Shown here one piece after another: positions 56,249 through 63,832 of a DNA stretch of 64,000 nucleotides. Source of the stretch: Cyclobacteriaceae bacterium (GTDB taxonomy: Bacteria > Bacteroidota > Bacteroidia > Cytophagales > Cyclobacteriaceae); the NCBI GenBank assembly GCA_036397995.1, contig DASWHX010000046.1:14763-78762 (forward strand), written 5' to 3'. A model generated the notes under the pieces. That model was not told the origin of the DNA. It did not search any database and worked only from the letters and a program-made list of their open reading frames with translations. The first letter of the stretch is position 1; each line of letters begins with the position of its first letter. The position numbers were made by a program, and so were the translations under genes.

Positions 56249-57205
56249 GTGAAATATAGCAAAGAAATTAAGGTTGGATTTTTTTCAGTTTTAACTATTG
56301 CCATGTTGTATTTGGGAGTGAACTATCTCAAAGGGGTAGATTTCTTTTCCAGTGTGAGCCGCTACTATGTGATGTATGACGATGTAGGGGGATTGCAGGT
56401 TTCAAATCCGGTAAAAATAAATGGATTTACCGTTGGCCGGGTGAGTGATATAAGTATTCTGCAAGAAAAACAGAATAAGATACTGGTGGAAATCGAAATT
56501 AAAGAGGAAATAATCTTAGGAGATACAACTTTGGCTTTATTGGATGTTGAATTCCTGGGAGCAGTAAACATTATTCTGGAGGTTGGAGATATTTCAAATC
56601 CCTTAAGTTCCGGAGATACATTACGACCCAAATTGGATCAAGGCCTGGAAGATTTATTACGATCAAGTGCGCTTCCCGTTGCCGATAACCTTCAGGGAAC
56701 CATTAGAAAAATTAATACATTTCTGGATGACCTTTCCGGTAATCTGGAACACCTCGGACCTGCCTTAGAAAATATTTCCGGTGCAGCCAGGAACGTAAAA
56801 ACGATCACAGCCGGTTCTAATCAGGAAAAGCTCAGCGATTTACTTGATAATCTAAATTCAACCGCGGTAGAATTGAAAGCCACAATAAAAAAGATTGATC
56901 CCCTGGTGCAGAATTTTACACAGGTCGCTGATTCCCTGAAAAGCCTTCAGATAAATGAAACCCTTGCCAAAATGAATACAACTCTTGAAGGCCTCGATCA
57001 AACCCTAACAGATATCCGCGAAGGGGATGGAACAATATCAAGATTAATTAAGGAAGATTCGCTATACGTTCAATTGAATCAAACCCTGCAAAATCTCGAT
57101 AAACTGCTCATTCACTTTGATGAATTTCCGAAAGACTTTTTATCCCCCCTGGGACGCAGCAGTAAGAAAATTCAAAAACGAATAGAGAAAGAAGGAAACA
57201 ATTAG
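56249..57205 (+). CDS. MlaD/MCE family protein
   Basis: An N-terminal TM helix and MCE domain (...VSNPVKINGFTVGRVSDI...). The GTG at 56249 is preferred, since the longer ORF from 56180 overlaps the amidase gene. Confidence 0.75.
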   Translation: MKYSKEIKVGFFSVLTIAMLYLGVNYLKGVDFFSSVSRYYVMYDDVGGLQVSNPVKINGFTVGRVSDISILQEKQNKILVEIEIKEEIILGDTTLALLDVEFLGAVNIILEVGDISNPLSSGDTLRPKLDQGLEDLLRSSALPVADNLQGTIRKINTFLDDLSGNLEHLGPALENISGAARNVKTITAGSNQEKLSDLLDNLNSTAVELKATIKKIDPLVQNFTQVADSLKSLQINETLAKMNTTLEGLDQTLTDIREGDGTISRLIKEDSLYVQLNQTLQNLDKLLIHFDEFPKDFLSPLGRSSKKIQKRIEKEGNN

Positions 57206-57262
57206 TTCAAATTGTTTTTTTGATTTAATTTTCTCAATAATAAATTCACAAACCATAATTGG

Positions 57263-58891
57263 ATGAACCTTGAATTTAATCGTAATGAGGATAAGTATAA
57301 AATGCTTGTTTCTGAATTGAAAAGGAAATTGGCGGAGATTAAACTTGGAGGTGGCAAATCCAAAATTGACAGTCAGCACAAAAAAAATAAACTTACCGCA
57401 AGAGAACGAATCGAATACTTAGTCGATCCGGCTTCTGATTTTCTGGAAATTGGCGCTTTTGCTGCCGACGGTATGTACAAAGAAGTAGGAGGGTGCCCAT
57501 CGGCAGGTGTGGTTACCGGTATCGGATACATATCAGGCAGACAATGCGTGATTGTGGCAAACGATGCAACGGTAAAGGCCGGAGCCTGGTTTCCCATGAC
57601 AGCCAAGAAAAACCTGCGCGCCCAGGAGATAGCCATGGAGAACCGGCTTCCAATCGTATACCTGGTGGACAGTGCCGGGGTATTTTTACCAATGCAGGAT
57701 GAAATTTTCCCAGATAAAGAGCATTTTGGCCGGCAATTCCGGAATAATGCCCGGATGTCTTCGATGGGTATCATCCAGATTGCTGCCATAATGGGTAGTT
57801 GTGTCGCGGGAGGTGCCTACCTGCCAATTATGAGTGATGAGGCCATGATTGTAAATAAAACCGGATCCATTTTTCTGGCGGGATCATACCTCGTTAAAGC
57901 GGCAATTGGAGAAGAAATTGATAATGAAACGCTGGGTGGAGCAACCACACATTGTGAGATTTCCGGAGTTACAGATAATAAATATGAAACAGATCAAGAC
58001 GCTCTTGATGCAATTAAAGATATTTTCTCAAAATTAGGGAACTTCGATAAAGCTGGTTTCAACAGAATTAAATCCAAACCTCCAATTGAAAATCAGGAAG
58101 AAATTTACGGACTTATCCCTGAGGACGGTTTAAAGCCTTACGACACCATGCAAATCATCAGAAGGATTGTCGATAATTCCGAATTTCAGGAATACAAGGG
58201 ATTATATGGAAAAACAATTATTTGTGGAACCGGAAGGATTGATGGCTGGTCTGTGGGGATCGTGGCCAATCAGAGAAAAGTGGTGAAATCCAAAAAAGGT
58301 GAAATGCAAATGGGAGGGGTGATTTACTCCGACTCAGCAGACAAGGCAGCAAGGTTTATTATGAATTGCAACCAGAGAAAAATTCCCCTTGTATTTATGC
58401 AGGATGTAACAGGCTTCATGGTGGGCAGCCGCGCTGAACAGGGAGGCATAATTAAAGACGGTGCCAAGATGGTAAATGCCGTGGCCAATTCGGTAGTTCC
58501 AAAGTTTACTTTTATTATAGGAAATTCGTATGGCGCCGGAAATTATGCAATGTGTGGTAAGGCGTATGACCCCAGGCTGATCTTTGCATGGCCATCGGCC
58601 CAAATTGCCGTGATGAGCGGAAACTCTGCAGCCAAAACCCTGCTCCAAATTAAAATATCGGCATTTGAAGCAAAAGGAAAGAAATTAAGTAAAGAAGAAC
58701 AGGAACAGCATTTGAAAGAAATCAAGGACACGTATAATTCACAACTGAACCCCTATTATGCTTCAGCCAGATTATGGGTAGATGGAATTATCGATCCTCT
58801 GGAGACGCGAAAAATTATCTCAATGGGAATAGAAGCGGCAAATAATGCGCCCCTCTCCAATAAATTTAATGTGGGCGTGATCCAGACCTAG
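57263..58891 (+). CDS. acyl-CoA carboxylase carboxyltransferase subunit (methylcrotonoyl-CoA carboxylase beta-like)
   Basis: 542 aa with ...[11 protein letters not shown]..., ...DSAGVFLPMQ... and ...GNSYGAGNYAMCG... motifs. Confidence 0.88.
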   Translation: MNLEFNRNEDKYKMLVSELKRKLAEIKLGGGKSKIDSQHKKNKLTARERIEYLVDPASDFLEIGAFAADGMYKEVGGCPSAGVVTGIGYISGRQCVIVANDATVKAGAWFPMTAKKNLRAQEIAMENRLPIVYLVDSAGVFLPMQDEIFPDKEHFGRQFRNNARMSSMGIIQIAAIMGSCVAGGAYLPIMSDEAMIVNKTGSIFLAGSYLVKAAIGEEIDNETLGGATTHCEISGVTDNKYETDQDALDAIKDIFSKLGNFDKAGFNRIKSKPPIENQEEIYGLIPEDGLKPYDTMQIIRRIVDNSEFQEYKGLYGKTIICGTGRIDGWSVGIVANQRKVVKSKKGEMQMGGVIYSDSADKAARFIMNCNQRKIPLVFMQDVTGFMVGSRAEQGGIIKDGAKMVNAVANSVVPKFTFIIGNSYGAGNYAMCGKAYDPRLIFAWPSAQIAVMSGNSAAKTLLQIKISAFEAKGKKLSKEEQEQHLKEIKDTYNSQLNPYYASARLWVDGIIDPLETRKIISMGIEAANNAPLSNKFNVGVIQT

Positions 58892-58930
58892 TGTTTTTTT
58901 GCTTCTTTATTTGTAATTTTTCATCCGACT

Positions 58931-59776
58931 GTGGCAAAGGAAAAAATCAATAAAAAAGAAATCAAGGCTTTGGTATCATTGCTTGACGATGACGATAAAG
59001 AGGTGCTTATCAATGTTGAACAAAAACTGCTTTCCCTAGGAGGCGATGTAATCCCGCTGCTTGAATCAGAATGGGAGTATAATTTCAATCCGACGGTTCA
59101 AAGAAAAATTGAGGATATAATTCATGTACTTCAATTTGAAAACTTACTCGACCGGTTTCACCGCTGGAAAAATCAAAAAGGTAAAGATTTGTTAACCGGC
59201 ATGTGGCTGGTAGCAACATACCAGTATCCGGACCTCGAACTGGAGAATCTAACCAAGGAGCTGGAACAAATCTATTATGAAGTTTGGACGGAATTCAAAC
59301 CGGATTTGTATCCTTACGATCAGGTAAAGGTTTTGAATGGAGTATTATTTAGCAAACTTAGGTTCAGTGCCAATACAAAGAATTTTCACAGCCCAAGCAA
59401 CAGCATGATAAACAGCGTTTTGGAAACCAGGAAAGGTAATCCCATTAGTCTCGCCGTTGTTTATCTCTTAATTGCAAGAAAACTGAATATGCCGGTATAT
59501 GGAGTAAACCTACCCAACTTGTTTATTTTGACATTCAAGAATAAGGAGACACAATTCTATATTAATGCATTTAACAGGGGACTGATCTTTTCCCGGGAGG
59601 ATATTGATAATTACATTTCAGAATTACATCTCAATAAACAAGACACCTTTTATGAGCCCTGCACCAACCTGGATATCATCCAGCGTGTGCTCCGAAATTT
59701 GATGGTTTCATTCGAAAAAATCGGAGACCATTATAAAGTAGATGAGGTGAAACGGCTTTTGAACTCCATTCTCTAA
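58931..59776 (+). CDS. transglutaminase-like / SirB1 N-terminal family protein
   Basis: The ...GNPISLAVVYLLIARKLNMPVYGVNLPNLFIL... core is typical of the Transglut_core2/SirB1 family. GTG start. Confidence 0.65.
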   Translation: MAKEKINKKEIKALVSLLDDDDKEVLINVEQKLLSLGGDVIPLLESEWEYNFNPTVQRKIEDIIHVLQFENLLDRFHRWKNQKGKDLLTGMWLVATYQYPDLELENLTKELEQIYYEVWTEFKPDLYPYDQVKVLNGVLFSKLRFSANTKNFHSPSNSMINSVLETRKGNPISLAVVYLLIARKLNMPVYGVNLPNLFILTFKNKETQFYINAFNRGLIFSREDIDNYISELHLNKQDTFYEPCTNLDIIQRVLRNLMVSFEKIGDHYKVDEVKRLLNSIL

Positions 59777-59836
59777 AAAAAATCTCATTAGAATTTTCTT
59801 GTAACTCAAATATGGAAAATTCATGAAAAAGGATTA

Positions 59837-59888
59837 TCTATTGAAACTAACTTAGCTAACGTATAAAAAATAGTTGAATTTCTGGTAG
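59837..59888. repeat. direct repeat A (left flank plus first 5 nt of hairpin copy 1)
   Basis: TCTATTGAAACTAACTTAGCTA...TTTCTGGTAG recurs at 60026-60060 as TCTATTTGAAGTAACTTAGCTGAGTTTTCTGGTAG. Confidence 0.6.
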
Positions 59889-59998
59889 TGTCTCAGTTGG
59901 AATCGTTAAACGTGTGCCACACTTTTTCGACTTGAAAAACAATCAATTTCAACTAATAAAGACGGAAGTGCGGCACACGTAGATACTAAGACACTACC
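59884..59998. repeat. long-hairpin repeat, copy 1 (115 nt; MITE- or REPIN-like)
   Basis: Ends GGTAGTGTCTCAG / CTAAGACACTACC pair at 12 of 13 positions. Inner 15-bp stem ACGTGTGCCACACTT / AAGTGCGGCACACGT has one A.C mismatch. The element is flanked by identical GAATTTCT at 59876-59883 and 59999-60006. Confidence 0.75.
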
Positions 59999-60025
59999 GA
60001 ATTTCTGTTTCCCTTGAAAATAATT

Positions 60026-60071
60026 TCTATTTGAAGTAACTTAGCTGAGTTTTCTGGTAGGCAGTTAACCC
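60026..60071. repeat. direct repeat B with truncated hairpin left end
   Basis: TTTCTGGTAG (60051-60060) is identical to 59879-59888. It is followed by GCAGTT, compared with TGTCTCAGTT in copy 1, and then unrelated sequence. Confidence 0.5.
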
Positions 60072-60098
60072 ATTTCTCTTATTAAAAATTAAAGCATT

Positions 60099-61124
60099 AT
60101 GAAAACCGGAAAATTTTATTTATCCTTTCTTCCCATAATTCTTCTTCTGTCTTGCATGAATGACAGCGACAAGAAAATGGAAGTCATTTCAGTTGATGTA
60201 GCAGAAGCAAGAATTGATAGTATTGCAAAGAAGCTTGTAGCCGCTGGAAAAGTTGTTGCTGAAAAGGAATTTCTTATTCCTTCCCCAATGCGGGGGTCTG
60301 TCAAAGAAATTATTGCCCGAAACGGTCTTTGGGTAGATTCAGGAGCAGTTTTAATTAAACTGAAGGACGATTATTTCAGGATGGATTTGGAAAAGGCCAA
60401 AGCGGCAAAATCAGCTAAGGAAATTGTTTTCCAAAAAATGACGCTGGACTATGTGGATATCAATGATTGGGAAAGTGAAAAAGGACAAGACGTCAGAAAG
60501 ATGTTACGTTCCTATAGTGGATTAGAAGTAGCTGAAATTAATTTACAGGAGGCTCTGGAGGCCCTGGACAATACGAGCATCAGAACCCCGGTGGGTGGGA
60601 TAGTAGATCAGTTAGTGGTGCAGGAAGACGAGTATCTTTCTGATGGACAACTCCTTTGCAAAGTGTACCACCCTGCGCACATGGAAGTTATTACCTTCTT
60701 CCCTGAAGAGGAGGGGATTTATTTGTATAAGGACCAGGAGGCCAGCGTTTATATTGATGATGCCATAGAATCTGCACCTGGAATCATAAAATGGGTAGAT
60801 AATAAGCCCAACGAAAATGGTATGATTAAGGTATTGATTTCCCTGGAAGGAGATAATCTTTTACCTGACAAGCCGGCACGCGTGGAGACAATTTCAAAAT
60901 ACTGGGCAGGTATGCTTATTCCCGTTGATGGGGTTTTATTGAAAAACGGAAAACCCGCTATTTATAAAGAGGTAGAGGGTAAAGCAATTTTTCAATTTGT
61001 GGAACTTGGGATGGCTAGTGGCCAGGAAATTGAAATTACCAGTGGGTTATTATTAAATGAAAAAGTAATAATTTCCAATTTAAACCTGCTTGAAAGTAAT
61101 TCGCAGGTTACGATAAACAATTAG
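60099..61124 (+). CDS. efflux-type periplasmic adaptor (HlyD/MFP family) lipoprotein, orphan
   Basis: Lipobox LLLSC, lipoyl-like half-motifs (GSVKEIIARNGLWVDSGAVLIKL and IRTPVGGIVDQLVVQEDEYLSDGQLLCKV) and a coiled-coil middle. No pump gene lies adjacent. Confidence 0.7.
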   Translation: MKTGKFYLSFLPIILLLSCMNDSDKKMEVISVDVAEARIDSIAKKLVAAGKVVAEKEFLIPSPMRGSVKEIIARNGLWVDSGAVLIKLKDDYFRMDLEKAKAAKSAKEIVFQKMTLDYVDINDWESEKGQDVRKMLRSYSGLEVAEINLQEALEALDNTSIRTPVGGIVDQLVVQEDEYLSDGQLLCKVYHPAHMEVITFFPEEEGIYLYKDQEASVYIDDAIESAPGIIKWVDNKPNENGMIKVLISLEGDNLLPDKPARVETISKYWAGMLIPVDGVLLKNGKPAIYKEVEGKAIFQFVELGMASGQEIEITSGLLLNEKVIISNLNLLESNSQVTINN

Positions 61125-61129
61125 GAAAA

Positions 61130-61726
61130 TTATTTTTTGATTATGCATCCGGCCGGGTTTACAAAGGCAGGATTTGCATTTCGATTCAGCAAAAGCTGAT
61201 TAATGGCATTATCCAGATACGGCGTTCTTACATCATGTTCAACCTGAGGATTGTCATCAATCGCGCCACGGTAAAAAATCCCAAATTTTCCATTTTCAGG
61301 TTTCAATAAAAAGACCTCAGGATTCTTTCTTGCCCCAAATTTATTCATGGCATCCTGGGCGATGTCAGCCAGATAGGGAAAGTCTAAAGTGTTAGCGTGA
61401 GATTTAATTGCATCAAGACTCTCTGCGGATTCCTTGCTGCCAAAATTTGAATTAATCATCAGAAATGAAATTCCATGGTCCGAGTATTTTTTGGCAAGTG
61501 CTCCTATACGTGAATCGTAATGCAATGAATATGGGCATTCCGTACTATTGAAAATTACTAAAATTCCTTTGGCATTCCTAAAGTTGGAAAGAGAGTAGTT
61601 CTTACCCTCTCGTGCATCCTTGAGGGTAAAATCTTCCACATATTTTTTTCCCTGGGGAAATCCTTGCGCGTTTATGAGTAATAAAAGAAAAAATATCGTT
61701 TGTCTGCCGGTCATAGTGTGTAACAA
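61130..61726 (-). CDS. thioredoxin-fold PRX-like redoxin (secreted)
   Basis: Signal peptide, a ...VIFNSTECPYS... active-site context with a single Cys, and a C-terminal ...NPAGCIIKK. The alternative start MTGRQ (61714) abuts the PPTase stop. Confidence 0.7.
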   Translation of the reverse strand: MLHTMTGRQTIFFLLLLINAQGFPQGKKYVEDFTLKDAREGKNYSLSNFRNAKGILVIFNSTECPYSLHYDSRIGALAKKYSDHGISFLMINSNFGSKESAESLDAIKSHANTLDFPYLADIAQDAMNKFGARKNPEVFLLKPENGKFGIFYRGAIDDNPQVEHDVRTPYLDNAINQLLLNRNANPAFVNPAGCIIKK

Positions 61727-62370
61727 ACAACAAAGTCAGGAAATAACTTGTATTCCAATTCGTAAAACCGAACTTCATCGTGTCTCTTTACTTTGGATTT
61801 CAATATCCCCTCCTTAAGCATCTCAAAAGGAAGTATTTCAATATTATCTTTGAAAGAAAGATTTTTCCTGCCATAGGATTTGTAAAGAGCTTCTTTGGCT
61901 GCCCATACAAGAATCATCTTTCCCGGATCTTTATTAGAATCGAAAATTTCCTGCTCAGACATAAACTTGGTTTCTAATTTCAGTATCTTCTTATTGTAAT
62001 GTTCAAGATCTATGCCAACAGGATCGTTGAGATTCAGCATGGCTGCTGCATAGGGATAACTATGAGAAATTGAAATATGAGTTTTCTCATCGATAAGAAA
62101 GGGTTTGCCATGCTTATCTTTCCAAATTCCATTGTAGCGAACTCCTGCATCAGAAGCCAGGTACTTTAGTAAAGCCCGTGTTGCAATCGACTCTATCTTT
62201 CTGTTAAACACCTTTATGGTAGCCAGGGAGTTTCTAAGGTCTTCATCCGAAGGCAAATCCCGCAGCAGTTCAGATTCGGATTCTTCAATTTGCCATATTC
62301 CCCATCGATATTCAGAATTCTCTTCTTTATGAATTACGGGCATGTAGGTTCGACTTAATTGGGAAGCCAA
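61711..62370 (-). CDS. 4'-phosphopantetheinyl transferase (Sfp-type)
   Basis: The ...KDKHGKPFL...ISISHS..., ...VGIDLE... and ...WAAKEALYKSYG... motifs. Confidence 0.8.
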   Translation of the reverse strand: MASQLSRTYMPVIHKEENSEYRWGIWQIEESESELLRDLPSDEDLRNSLATIKVFNRKIESIATRALLKYLASDAGVRYNGIWKDKHGKPFLIDEKTHISISHSYPYAAAMLNLNDPVGIDLEHYNKKILKLETKFMSEQEIFDSNKDPGKMILVWAAKEALYKSYGRKNLSFKDNIEILPFEMLKEGILKSKVKRHDEVRFYELEYKLFPDFVVCYTL

Positions 62371-62587
62371 TTTATTTTATTTTTGCCACTTATGGAAAGT
62401 TAGCCATGAAACTCTGTCTCCATAATTTCTCTCTAAACTGCTTTTATTCAGCCCATTTATGCCCGGATAGCAAACATTTTGTAACTTGTACCTGGGAAAA
62501 AGCGATCAAATATTAACTCGGGATGAGTGAAATAAACTCATTTAAAGTAATAGATGAAGGTTTTTGAAAGTTCAGAGTAGAAAATTG

Positions 62588-62717
62588 GGTAGTGCCTCAG
62601 TTTGGAATCATTATACGTGTGCCACACTTTTTCGACATGAAAAACAATCAATTTCGTCTAATAAAGACGGAAGTGTGGCACACGTAGATATTAATGATCT
62701 TAACTGAGACCACTACC
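62588..62717. repeat. long-hairpin repeat, copy 2 (130 nt)
   Basis: Same orientation as copy 1. Ends are GGTAGTGCCTCAGTT / AACTGAGACCACTACC, with a perfect 15-bp inner stem (62615-62629 and 62671-62685). Flanks are GAAAATTG (62580-62587) and GAAAAATG (62718-62725). Confidence 0.75.
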
Positions 62718-62742
62718 GAAAAATGGGATAAATGCGATAATA

Positions 62743-63468
62743 ATGAAAATAACTCCTCTTGAAATCAGACAAAAAACATTTGAGAAGGTATTCCGCGGTC
62801 TTGATAAGGATGAAGTTCAGGCATTTCTGAATACGCTCTCACAAGAGTGGGAAAAAGTGAATCAGGAATGCAAAGAGCTCAAGATCCGTTTGGAGACCAG
62901 TGAGAGGGAGGTTCAAAAACTTAGAGAAGTGGAAAGTTCTCTTTTCAAGACTCTTAAAACAGCTGAGGATACAGGCGCAAACCTTATTGACCAGGCAACT
63001 AAAACCGCGGACCTGCACATGAAGGAAACTCAGATGAAAACAGAAGGTTTAATGAATGAAGCAAAATCCAAGGCAAAGGAACTCATGGAGGAAGCTGAGG
63101 ATTATGCCCGCAACACTCTGGTAAAGATGGAGGATGAGCTCAAGAACCTTGCTGATAGCTACAGGGATTTGGAAAGTCAGCGGGAAAATTTAATCGATGA
63201 ATTAGCTCGTCTCACAAATGAGAGCCTGGAAAAACTCAACAGATCAAGGGCTAAAATGAAAAGTTTTGATGTCAGCTCCTATTTGAAAAAAACAAAGGTA
63301 GAGTCATTCATGGCTTCCATTAAGGAAGATCAATTAGGAAATAAGACTATTTCTCAAGAACCATCACAAAAGGTTCAGCATAAAGCAGAAAAATCGCCTG
63401 ACTCCGGGTCTCCATCGAAAGGCGAAGAACAAGAAACCAATTCTCAGTCTTTCTTTGACAATATTTAA
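62743..63468 (+). CDS. divIVA: DivIVA domain protein
   Basis: N-terminal MKITPLEIRQKTFEKVFRGLDKDEVQAFL followed by a long coiled coil. Confidence 0.85.
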   Translation: MKITPLEIRQKTFEKVFRGLDKDEVQAFLNTLSQEWEKVNQECKELKIRLETSEREVQKLREVESSLFKTLKTAEDTGANLIDQATKTADLHMKETQMKTEGLMNEAKSKAKELMEEAEDYARNTLVKMEDELKNLADSYRDLESQRENLIDELARLTNESLEKLNRSRAKMKSFDVSSYLKKTKVESFMASIKEDQLGNKTISQEPSQKVQHKAEKSPDSGSPSKGEEQETNSQSFFDNI

Positions 63469-63830
63469 TGAGATCAAAATGGGTTATTTCCCTAAGGGGA
63501 ATAAAGATTAAAGCCTTCCATGGCCTTTATGAATTCGAAAAAAAAGAAGGAAATAATTTTCTGGTAGATGTGAGTGTAAAGCTGACCGATGATCAACTAA
63601 CCATTTCAGATTTAGATTCTACCGTCAATTATGAAAATCTGTACAAAATTGTGGTGGAGCAAATGAAAATCCCCACTGATCTTCTGGAAGAAGTTGTGAA
63701 ACGAATCGGAGAAAAAATTCTGGAAGAATATAAAATTGTTTCCCGGGTTGAAGTGAGTTTAGCCAAATTAAATCCTCCAATGATGGATGATTGTGCCGAA
63801 GCAAAAGTTACTATAAAGCTTTCAAGGTGA
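63468..63830 (+). CDS. folB: dihydroneopterin aldolase
   Basis: 120 aa with ...IKAFHGLYEFEKKEGNNFLVDV... typical of FolB. Confidence 0.8.
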   Translation: MRSKWVISLRGIKIKAFHGLYEFEKKEGNNFLVDVSVKLTDDQLTISDLDSTVNYENLYKIVVEQMKIPTDLLEEVVKRIGEKILEEYKIVSRVEVSLAKLNPPMMDDCAEAKVTIKLSR

Positions 63831-63832
63831 GA

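Noticed and set aside
59791-59822. AT-rich inverted repeat GAATTTTC-[16 nt]-GAAAATTC after the sirB1-like gene, considered as a terminator.
   Set aside because: The stem is almost entirely A/T, the loop is long and no U-tract follows. Such palindromes are expected by chance in AT-rich spacers.
62371-62587. 217-nt spacer upstream of copy 2, checked for a small gene or ncRNA (for example the 22-codon MKLCLHNFSLNCFYSAHLCPDS and the hairpin ATGAGT-GAAATAA-ACTCAT at about 62523-62541).
   Set aside because: The ORF is too short and featureless. The hairpin has no U-tract and I could see no similarity to any RNA family. This is most simply the divergent upstream region of the PPTase gene.
59884-62717. 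Hairpin repeats as integron attC sites flanking a gene cassette.
   Set aside because: attC sites have RYYYAAC...GTTRRRY core sites at their ends. A GTTAAAC occurs in the left arm of copy 1 only and is not conserved in copy 2 (CATTATAC). The enclosed segment also has three genes in two orientations, and no intI is present.
59884-62717. Hairpin repeats as a CRISPR array or as simple intrinsic terminators.
   Set aside because: There are only two copies, 2.6 kb apart, with genes rather than spacers between them, and the units are far longer than CRISPR repeats. Neither copy is followed by a T-run, and both lie upstream rather than downstream of the co-oriented genes.
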